A stretch of DNA of 54,522 nucleotides from Tubiluchus corallicola (lineage: Eukaryota > Animalia > Priapulida): assembly GCA_030141605.1 (NCBI GenBank), contig JAQGDQ010001216.1:1-54522 (forward strand), in the 5' to 3' direction. Both the position numbers and the translations under genes were made by a program. Positions 25,201 to 37,200 of this stretch are shown one piece after another. The first letter of the stretch is position 1. The number at the start of each line of letters is the position of its first letter. The notes under the pieces are model-generated. The model saw only the letters and a program-made list of their open reading frames with translations, was not told the origin of the DNA and did no database searches.

Positions 25201-28200
25201 CTTGTGGTCTGTACTTTCTTGACTGTCATCTCTCAGGATGGCCAACAGACGGCTTGACTCAATGCAAGTTCTCGAATGCAAATATGACATTAGGTGAATC
25301 ATTATTTGTACTGTATAAATTGCTTCAATTTTATATAGATTCCATTAATTTTCTAAAGTATTATTGAATTTCAAGAAAATCTGACTGATAACTACTAGTT
25401 CTAGCTTTGTATAGAAATGAAAACTATGATTGCGTCAATAGGCGTATGCCGGTCCTTATAGATAGTAAACTTTTCCGGCTCTTCTAGTGTTAAAACTAGG
25501 CAAATTTGATTGTATGTATAATGATAATGATTTGTTTATTTTGTTACTTACTTAATGTGGAACTATTTTGTTATAGGAATTGATAGCTAGCAACCTCACA
25601 GTCGAATCATTAATAGAAATGTCTGAGGAGGAACTACGAAATTTAGTCAACAAACACTCAATTACAAATAAGGAAGAGGAACGACGATTGTTCACCGCGT
25701 GTCGGAATCTTTGCAAATATTACGGTATTCTTATCTATTAAAAGCTATCTGTTTGTTTGTTTGCAAGAATGTTAAACTTATAATTACAAACTTTGTCACG
25801 CAAATGATTACCATGCTAGGCGTTTTCTTATTTCTCGAGATGAGAGAATTTTTGTAGATTTTTTTACAAAGTTTTAGAATTGTTATTTTTAATAAAGGGC
25901 TGTGCTTGGTTATTTTTACTGGTAGTAGTTTTTTTGTTGTTGTTATTTTTTGATATTTGTGTAATTTTTGAAAAGTAGTTGCTAGTTTTCTGTGTATTTT
26001 GTCTGATTGTTTGAAGCGTTTGATAGCTATTTAGCAAAATTTTACCTGTCTGTCATTTCAAATCACTGTATAAAAACTCAGTATTGTTCTGTAGCTTCAT
26101 GTATCAAACATTTCATCTTTATACTACGCATTCAATCACTAGACAATTGTTACATTTGGGTAATGCCTGTACTAAGTGTTGTGAGTTCATCAGATGCAGT
26201 GAAACTGAAGAGAAACTTATACCATCCAGAACTTATAAATAGCATTAGGACATTTTTATACTTTCACAAGAACTAGATTTTCCTTGCAAACTTTATTTTA
26301 TTTTATGTTCTTATTTAAATTAGGCACTTTGTGCTTTTATATATACCATACCTGATGAAGACATCAATTCAATTTTAATTTTTATTTATTTATCTCTTTT
26401 TGTACACTGTAGAACAATCGTTATTAACAGATTCAATAGATAGGTCACGAAAAATTATTTCAGCAAAAGCATACAAAGCTAGAGAAAGGATAGCGAAAAG
26501 ACTGTCGAAGTTACCTAGCCTGCTATCCTTTACCGGGTATAGAAAATGACCGTTAGACACCGGTGGCATGTAGGTTCACTGGAGACAGCTTAATTTTTGG
26601 AAATGTTGTTAAATTTTTAAAATTGTAATATTTATTTACTATAATTACATAATTAAGCAGTCTAAAATAAAAGAAAATGCTATAATGTAGTGTGTCAAGA
26701 GAAAAAGGTATTGCATCAGTCTTACTGAAAACAAAAACAGAATTGTGCTGAAAAATATTATAAAAGAATCGAGGAAATTTATGTAAATTTACTCATTATA
26801 ACATAATTGACTTTTTGAATGTAAAAAAAGATTATAGTAGTAGTACAGGGTCTATATAGTAGGGTATGGCCACAGTTGTGGTGAAACAACAAAAAGATAT
26901 TAATATTTTAATTTTTATTGTGTCTAGGCCCATCGTGCAATGATAATTATGTGACTTGGATAAGAAAAATGTGTGTGTATACTCGTATATATCATTATGC
27001 TTACTAGATCAAACATTTAGCTACATAGCATAAAAAATAATTGTATAAGGAATAATTTTATAAAGAAATGGGAAGGGTTGTGCAAATTCAACTCCCAAAA
27101 TTTTACTAATAGATAACACATGGTATAACATTAATTGCTCTGATAAAGAGAAGAAAAGATAAAGAAAGAAAAAGTATTTAGAGTAATTTCAATAATTATG
27201 TTACATGACAGTAGCATCAAGTTGTAGTGTCACGTGCTGATAGTGTTCAAGACACTGACAGCAATATTTTATACAATGATAACTTTATATATACCTATAA
27301 AGCTATCATTCTCCCCGATTTACATAGCAGTTGCATAATTTGTCATTAGATATTTATTTTTAGCTGCTAAGCTGAATGGAAAGCAGTTGGATCGAGATGT
27401 GGATTTGTCCTGGAACTCATGGGACACATCGGCTGGGGAATCATCGCATTCTCACGTACACAGCAGCCAGTATAGTAGCTCACCAAAATCTTCTCGTCAG
27501 ATCCATCGACGTCCTTCCAGGTGCAACACTTGTTTCCTTCTGTGCGTGCGTGTGTGTATGGTATTTATAGAGCAGTGTATAAACAAACTTTGCCCATTTG
27601 CAAATGATAAAAAACAGGAAAATTTCGAATGTGAAACTGGTGTATACATTTAGGCTTCATTCTTTTGTCCATTAAAACTTGATTATTCAGCTACTAAACA
27701 GTTAAATCAACAAAATATTTCTAATCACGAAATTTATTACCTTGTCTGTATTGAATGTTAGAACCATAGTAAGTTTCAAACGTGGTATCCACTAACAACA
27801 TAAGTAATAGTGATGCCACGACAAAAGCAAATACTAACACTATGTTGCACAGTTTGTGTACAATATGTTGTGTAACTTGTGTTGTCAACATGTTGTCAGT
27901 ATTTACTTTTGCCGTGGCAGTACTTTCCTCGTGCTAAATACATGCAGTGCTAATGACCAAGTCAAAAACTGGTATTGTTTGAAAACTTAAAAAAAACATT
28001 GTTTATTTCTACGATTGGTTGTATGTTCTGCATCTGATTTGCATCTGAACATTATCACCTTTATTATAAAAATACCGTAAATACTTTCTTATCACGGTTA
28101 GTCAAATATTTTGCCAACCATGTTGATGTGTGTCGGAGCACATTGTTAATTTGTGTGCTGAAATATATTGTATATTTGCTGCATCTTTCTGTTTTCCATG

Positions 28201-31200
28201 TTTCTGTCTCTCACTGGTGATTTGGCACACATGGTTAAGCAAAACCAGTGATTAAATAAAAGGAAAATTTCATATTTGCTCGCGCAATTATTATTTGCAA
28301 TCAGACCTTAATATTATTTTCAAGTGATATGATATTGGAAATCTTTACTTTGTCTAGTAAAATATCAACTCATGGAAACTCATTGTTCTAACATTGTTCA
28401 AGTTTGACCTGTATTTTTTAACTGTTTTCTAAACATTGTTCTAAGTGTTGCTAATATTTACAGGTCATCAGTTCTGAGTGAAGATATGGTTGTAACTACA
28501 CCTGTGACTTCACCCATGTCTACGCCTACATCTACTCCCACGTCTCCGGCACATTTATATGCAAATGAACAGAGGCGCACGCCACCCCCAACTTCTCCAA
28601 ATACACTAAAGGATTCCATGCAGAGAGGGGGAAAGGGAAAGGTAATTACTTGCTGGATTTAAGAAAAAGAAATATCTGTTACTCAGATAAATTATTGACG
28701 CAGTGCATAGAAAATTGTTTAAAAATATATTCTTCTGAAAAACCTAGCCGACATCATTTTTTGGTCCTACCTTCTACACAAAGTTTCGTGGAGATCGTGG
28801 ATTTTTTGTGTAATAATATTACTGTTATAACAGACAAAAAACCACACAAACAAACAGTGTTAAAGGATAACTTTTTTGGCAGAGGTAAAAATAACTAAAA
28901 GAATTATGCCCCACAGCGGCCCTAGCCCTAAACTCATGTTTTACTAAGTTTACAATTTTTTCCTGTGTCATTTTTACCTACATTCATTTTTTATACTGTC
29001 AAATCTAGTGTTGTTGCTTCTTTATTTACCGTATGAACTGGGATATTATTTTTGGGCATAATCGTCACAGTATTATTTGGGGAAGCTCCACAATAGGGCT
29101 TCAAAAAGAATTTATGAAGATTAAATAGCTGGAACTGTGGTTTGTTGAAATGTAGAAACATATGTAGATAGCAGAATACCGATCATAAATGACTAAATGC
29201 AAGCTTTCGCCATTGTTATACTGGCGCAGTTTCATCCTCAGTGCAAGATTGAGCAGCATTGTAAAGTGATTAGGTAAAAGTCACGCATTATCATGACAGT
29301 GAGCACACAGTTTGGGGTGATTGGTATGAATTTTTAAACTCTAGAACTGATTAAAAAATTATGCCTTACTGGGAAGGTAGGTAGCCAAGCTCTTTTTTTA
29401 AGCTATAAAACTAAGCATATTAAGCGAAAAATATATTGATTTACTATGAAAATTTTTAATATTATGGTGCCAAATGATCATTTGTTTTGCTGCAGTTTTT
29501 CTGCTAAATTTAAAATTGATTTTTCATGACAGAAAGAAAATGATTTACTCGCTTGCGTGGTTGCATCGTATGACATTCTTGTTCATGACTCAAGTTTTTG
29601 ACTTTGTTTTAGCATTCAACCACGCCACCTCCGAAAAAGAAGATGGCAACATGGCTACAACCGGGAGAAGGGTTTCCGTTAACGAAGAGTAAATCTCATG
29701 AGTCACAGTTAGCTAATCGTGTGGATCTGAATGTCGACACAACCTCGTTACCAATGTAAGTTAGAGTTTGAAAATACCATAGTGCTCTTCTTTAACTTGG
29801 GTTGACTATAACAGTAACAAAAATTAAAATGCCCTTAAGTCTCAAAAACTTTTTTATTTTCTTCAGAAACTTCAAATTTCAAAATAATTTGTTGATTTTT
29901 TATAAACATTATTTGAAATAATTGCCTTTGGCAAACGGCAAATATAAACGCTGATCAAGTTGACTCAGGCTGCAAAATTTACATGAGTGCAGTTTAACAG
30001 GAAAAACAAATCTATAAACTTGTTGATTGAACATATTGTAGTCACATTGATTGGCAAACAATTTTTGAAATACAATGTATAATCTGTAAAATAAAAATAT
30101 TTTTGTGAAAATTATCACTGTTATTAAAGGAACTAACGAAGGGAGACTTAAGAAGCCTTGGTATATGGCAGGCCACCCATAAGTATTTTTATAATAATTT
30201 TATGAAATACTATGTTAGTCCTTAGTAATTTGTATACTACTATCCTAAGATTAAAAGCTATTGCTTGTTTCAAGAAAACGCTACACAGTTGTGACTGAAA
30301 TTCTTATTTAAGACTTATCTAGTTTTATATAGAGATTAAAAATGAACTTTTTATATTTTGATTTAATGATTGATACAGATTTCGATAATCTAATGACACT
30401 TTGGACCAACCAAACTTTCGCCTCTGACGGACTTTCTCAAGAAGCTTCTGAAGAAAAATAAAAATTTTTGTGAGACTTAAGGGGCATTTTGACTTTTTTA
30501 GGTTAGAGTTGTACTTGCTGGAAATGTGTTGATGAAATTTTCATTAGTCCTACTGCCTTACATACAAATAGCAAAAATCTTGGATCCATGCCATGGTTGA
30601 CGTCTTGGGATGTTAACCTTTGTATTTTGAAAGCGAATTGAAATTTTTTACTAGCACAGATATTGATTGTGTTATCAATTTTTTAAAAGCTAAATTTAAT
30701 ATACTAAAATATTTGATTTTCTTAAATAAGTTATTGCTGCATCCTTAAATTTTCCATTTTTTTAGGTCTAAGAAGAAGAAACCAGATGACCTGCGGCTTG
30801 GTCATGGTCGCAGTCTGGAAGCTCTTTCTAACCAAACTGTAGATGGCACAAACAATAGTAGTCGCGGTACATCCGGTCAATCTACACCGGCCACTAGCAG
30901 CCCTATTCGGTCACCAGAGTCGGCGTACGAGGACCGCAGCGATACCGGGTCAGTGCCTAGGTCGCCGCGTACCCCTACTCATGTACCGGGTAGCATCGGG
31001 CATTTGATAAATCACAGGTAGTGTTTCATAGAGTTTGCATTTATACTCACTTTTAATAATTTGTCTGACAAAACTAAAGAGTTAGGTTGCAAAACTACGG
31101 TGATAATTTATTCGTTATTAGTTTCTTTACCAAGCTTACACCTTGGTGTTAATTAAGACAAGTGTTAATTAGCAGTCATTAATGGAAATAAATGAGGATA

Positions 31201-34200
31201 AAAATACTGATATGTGCTTTTCTTCTTGCAATGGCTTATTCATTGAACATTCTTTACTTCATGAAATTAAAAGATTTTATTAGCCATCAACTTAAATAAA
31301 AGATGAATGTATCTAACTAGTTTTCAATATTTTTTAACACTTTTGTGAATTACGATTGTGTGAATTATTTACAATGTTAATAATCAAGATTATTAATTAC
31401 GATGGCAAAAGGCTATTGTTAATTGTTTTATAATTTTTTAATCATTTTTATTATTAGGAAAACTACTTATTTAAAAGTATAAAGTCAAATAAAGTAAAAA
31501 GACGGGAGAAAAAAGATATAATTAAATCCCAAAATAGTTCATTTCAAAAAGTTTTCATGATTGCATTAACAAGTGTTTACAAGCAAATTGTGGTATTCAT
31601 GAATGCTGTTTTGCAGCTGCTTTCTTGTTTTTGCTGTCTCAAATAAAGGTACACCGATTGTGGAATTTATCGATTAACTGGTAACCGATTCGAAGAAATA
31701 ATCGGCCAATTACTGGTTAACTCATCAACTATTTAAAAAAATTGCTAGACCATTCTATTAAATTCTGTTTTTATGTTTAAGTAAATAAATTGTTAATCTT
31801 GTATTGAAACTTAATTTTGAATGGCTTCCAAAAACCCTGTAACTCATGTCCATGTTTTCTCTTTACTCCACTTTCGTGATTTGCTTTTATTTTAAAAACA
31901 CTCCAAACTATACTGGTTTTGTTTGTTGCCATCCTTTATAATTCCTTGTAATTTAAAAAATTAATGATGAAACATGTTAAACAACTGAGGATGAAATAAG
32001 GCACCTACTTATGCACTTGTGGGACACCATTGTTTTGAATGCTCACTGTGTGTGTAAATTAAAAGATTTCCACTGCTGCTCCTGTCTCACCAATAAGTAT
32101 GCCACGGATTTACCGGCGTAATTTAAGCTGCGAAAACGTTCAAAGATTTTTGATTGTTTAGTTTATTAATGGTCGTTTTTTTCATGCTTCCCGAAATATT
32201 TCTGACATTTTTAAACTAGGCATTATTTAAAGCAGCTGGCCGATTAGCCGATTTACTATTGCCCATTATTTGCAAAAATCAACTGAATTATTGCACCTCT
32301 GATCTCAAAGACAGTTAACGAATCTGTTGAATGAAATCAACTATTTTTGTGATGTAATTATGTCTTTTGCGCCCATATTTTTACTTTATTTAATATTAAA
32401 TTCCCAAAGATCTAAAGTGCCTCTGTAAGCGGTTTTCCTACTGGTAAAATGCTACTTTTATTTGCAGGTTTCAGTGGGCATTGAAATTTTCTTGTGTATG
32501 TGATCTTTGTAAAAAGCCTGTGAAATTTTCTGTTTTGAAGTGTATTCACTGCAAGTAAGTATAATTATTAGTTGTTGTTGACGTTTTTTGTTTTATAAAA
32601 AATGTCAATGTTTAACACCCTTTGGCGGTTATGTGAAATTATTTATAATCTAAATTTTTACATCAAGATTATTTTAAGAATGGCACAAACCCACAACTAA
32701 TTTCATTTTGAAACCAGTCTTTTATCATCATCATCATATGCCCATTACATCTATTGTAGAAATTGGACGGGCAGAACTCTAAAATAGAAGAAATCTGCCA
32801 TTAAGACAGGTAAACACAGCAGTTGATCCAGCAAAAAACTAGACTCCGCTATGCCAGTGGCTTGTCAGCACCACTTCTGAACTATCAGTCTTAAAAAATG
32901 TGAAAAAGTTAGAACACAACCTGAATTTGAACCACGGATTCGAGCTTAAAATTAATCAACCTAAAAAATAATGTAATTGGGCAGAATTACTCTCCTGTTG
33001 CTCTAACATTGGAAATTTTGAAAGTGGCTGTCCATGGAGCTGTAGGAAATGGGCTTTAGACTGTTAGGATTGCTGAGGAGCACGGCAGTTTAGTGGTTAT
33101 TGTGTCTCTATGTATGCAGAAGGTCCTTGGTTCAAATCCATGCTAAGTTCCAACTTTTTAACATTTCCTATTTTTTACAATTTGGCTTCCATATTAAATT
33201 AATTGTGGGTTTGTACCGTTATTCCTTAGTTGATACACTGAAGTCAATGGTGTAGCATTAGTATGTGGCATGTGCGGACTGCACAGAGCGATTAATAAGT
33301 ACTTTCTGTTAATGAGGCCGACAATAAAAATACTTCTGTTTCCATCTAATCGCATGGGCAAAATTATTTTTATCGCACACTTGGCTAGAAATCTTTTTCA
33401 TTCATGTACCTAACTAGCGCAGTCATATAAAAGCGTATTTTTCAATGTAAAACATAAATATAATTATTATAACATCGTTGTTTCGGCGAGAGCGCAGCTA
33501 TGTTTCTCTATAGCTAACTCTCAACATTTCTTACAAGCTGTTAGCGTGGCTAGCTGTGATCAGAGTTTTTCTCAGTTTATATTAATAAAAATATCTTTGC
33601 TCAACTATGAACAATCATAGACTCACTAACGATTCTTTCTATTGAACCAGAATATACTGAATCACTTGATGTTGAAGAGATCATAAAGGATTTTGCAATT
33701 TGAAAAGTCAGAAAGTTAAATCTAGTTGTTCAGTGTTTTTCATATTTTGGTTAAGAATAAATAATTTAGTCGTCATGTGATTAAATATCTTTCACATATG
33801 TGTATTTGTAGTGGTCGAGGGTGTGTTTTGTTAAAGAAAGGGGGTGGCCTATACATCACAGGGCAGCCAAAACCCTTGAAGTGATTTATTAATACCTTGA
33901 CAAATAAAATTATTTTTTTTTGTTAGGCAAAAATTTCACCAGGAATGTGCCAGTCGAGCGGCTCCATCATGTGGCTTACCGGATGATATAGTTAGATTTT
34001 TTGCACAGTCATTTAATAAAGATGGCAACCGTTCGCCATCTTTGGTTGGCCGTAGTTTACCAGTATCGCCGCCACCACCGCAGCTTACGCTGGGGAAGAA
34101 GCATCATACCCAGCCAGTGATATCTGTTTCTGCATTCCAGGTAACTGTTAATTTTCTAGCTGATGCTTGTTGTGGAAGTAGTTTTTGCTTTCACTCGCGT

Positions 34201-37200
34201 TTCATAGACGGAGCCACTTTGGTATGCGTGTGCGGAACAGGGTTTATTCCTTGCATTTCTGCAATATTTAGAGAGCTTCTCCTTCTTATCACTCATACTC
34301 TTGTGCACTCTAGAAATATACCATGTGTGGCTTCAAACCATTGTACAATTACACCATAGTTTTCTTTTCGAAGGTAATTGAATAGCTGCTGTTTTATAAC
34401 AGTTTTAAGTCATTGCGGTGCTGCAGCAAGACAACTGTCTTTGTCTGTGTTTAAATGAAGACACACAGTACAATATTCATGCTAATGTCTTATGTTTCAC
34501 ATAAAGAAATGAGCTAGTTATCTTTAAAGTATTGTTAGATGAGATTATTTTCTTTTAAAGCATTGTGTAGGTGAAATTATTAAAATCCGTTCACTTTAAA
34601 AATTGACTGTAAGAAAGCTTAAGTAGTTGCTGCTATCAGTGCAAAGTACTATTTCTATAATGTGTACTATGTCAATATAGAACTTCATTATGCTTTGTTA
34701 TTAGAAAAAGGGCTTTAAAATCTTTAGTAATAATATGGAATTTTGTTTTGATATTGGTTTAACAAAGATTGTGTTATTAAGAACATCTCTTTATATTATC
34801 AAGACTAAATATATTTGGATTAGGGATGCGAAATTGATTCCTAATTGCAAGAATAAAGCCCACAATAGGGAAGTAAAAGGCACAAAATTTTAGCACACCA
34901 CCCTTTACTTTTTTCAGGTGGCTGGCAAATAAATTATTTAATAACTTTTTTCTTGGTGGTTATACAATTGGTATTAAGCACTTTATCTATTCAAAGCAAA
35001 AAATGCCGCAAACTACCACTAGTAACACAAAAAGAAAAAGATCAGTTATGTGGCTAGTAATCACAATGTCTGGGAAATAAGCTCTTGTTACATAAAGGAA
35101 TGTTAACCAAATTGTTTGTGACGTATTAAGCAGAAGTGGCAGAGAAGTGAAACTGTTTTTAGAATGTTTATTTGAAATTAACTGTGTGGATGTGTGAAAT
35201 TTGTTTGTTTGTTTTCCAAGGGTGCTGATAGCAGCTCAACAGCGTCGTCATGTAATTCTTCAACGTCCTCATCACCTGCACCGATAATTGCGCCTCCGCA
35301 TCCCGACCGTTCTCCCAAGCACCTGTCACCGTTTTACAAACAAGAAACGTTCAACTTTCCAGATCTAAATGAGATAGATTCGCGGTTGAAGACATTAGAA
35401 ACCGAACAAAGGTAATAATAAAATGTCAAACTCAGAGCAGTGATACGCGATTTTTGAAGCCAACGATTACTGCTTGAAATGACTTTGCTTAAATTTTTTT
35501 CTGAGATAATGTTTATTGAAGGAAATGCTTTTAAATATTGGAAGGATGTTTAAAAATAACTTTGGTGGTATGAATGATGAGGAAGCTTAAACCATTTGTT
35601 ACAGTATACTATAGATGTTTTAATAATATCAACTGCAATAAGCGAGATTTTAGTTATATCATAGAGCAAAGATTGCAAAGATTTTCTATCTGTTGAAATT
35701 TTGGCCAGAAAGTCCTCTATCTCCCCTAAATTTATAAATCTGGAAAATCTTTATGTAACTTACCTTTTAAGCCTTGTTTTGAGGGGCAACAGAAGTCTGC
35801 TGAGAAATGAGGCGAAGAATGTATATAAAAACATGAGAAATGATGTTCAAATTTTGAACAATGAAAAGATTTTCTCAATAAATTTTGATGTTTTTTTTTC
35901 CAGTGATATGGTGATTACTCAGGCATCACAAAAGTCAAGTGATAGTGATAAAACCGTTGACAGTGATAAAACGGTAACGTACATTTATAAAATGTCATGC
36001 TCGGAAAATTCACTCACTTTTGGTATAAGTAGTTTATAAAACTGTTGAATGAACTGCCTCGGTAAATTATTTTGGCATGAGTAAACTGTTTCAATTAATT
36101 GTCGTTATTTTAAGTTTTTCATTAGTCAGGTTATGAAGTATGTGTGATTGAAACAGCAGTTTGTATTCAGTTTATGCTTCAGACTTCTGCTCTTCATATT
36201 ATCCTGCTTATTTTTATTGATTTTTTTTGTAGACGGATTCAGACCGGACATTACCTGCAAGACTGGATTCCTTGGACAGTCACACATCCGATGGTGACTT
36301 GTCTCTCAGTATCGGTAGCACCTCAAGTGAAGGACGGATGATTCAGCGGGAGAGTAGTGTACGTATGACTGCTTTAATATAACACCCGTAAAGCAATTTC
36401 GAATGTCGTTTTTACCAAGTTTTTACCTGGAAAAGTGTGTAGTGCAGCATACAGTTTTTGTTTTTTAAGTGAATTCAGCTCTGAAATGAAAACTAATTGG
36501 CTCTTTCTTTCAGATTGAAATGTTAATACTTTAATGCCTTCTTTTGTAATTCTGAACTCATGGTTGCAACTATATTTATTAACATTGTAATGACTGAAAA
36601 GCAAGCATTTCTGTTGCATTTTAAGTCTGAAATAAAAGGGTGAACTGAATTGAATTGAATTATTTTATAAAGTGTGAATTAGAATGTACAATTTTTTATA
36701 GTATCGCAGCCAATAATTGGATAATGACATAAATTTTTGTAAAAATGCTGACTAGTAAAATGCTTCAAATCATCTAACTTTGAAGTGATTTTTACTTCTT
36801 TTTAATAGCCTATTGCTTTGTAATTACAACACCATGCTTTAAATTTATGCAGATTTCAAGCTCACTTAGGGAGTGGGATATACCATACGAGGAGCTTCAA
36901 ATTGGGGAAAAGATCGGAACAGGCTGGTTTGGTACTGTTTGCAAGTAAGTGTGTCCGTATTTAGATCGTTAGAAATGGCAGTGAATTTTCTGAGATTTGT
37001 CATAGTCAAAGTTGTAATAAAATGCCCCCGACTTTAAAAACATAGGCGGTACTAAAATACTAACCAGTACTAATAAAGCAAATTTTTGTATTTTGTCGCT
37101 TCAGCACGGATATGTTCACTTGTTTTCAGTTATGCAGTTGGTTTTATAAGCCAAAGTGTATTTCACACTGCATATGGCATTTATCACGTGTCCAATGACA

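Noticed and set aside
33078-33150. Functional tRNA gene
   Set aside because: A- and B-boxes are present but no acceptor or anticodon stems form; treated as a tRNA-derived repeat.
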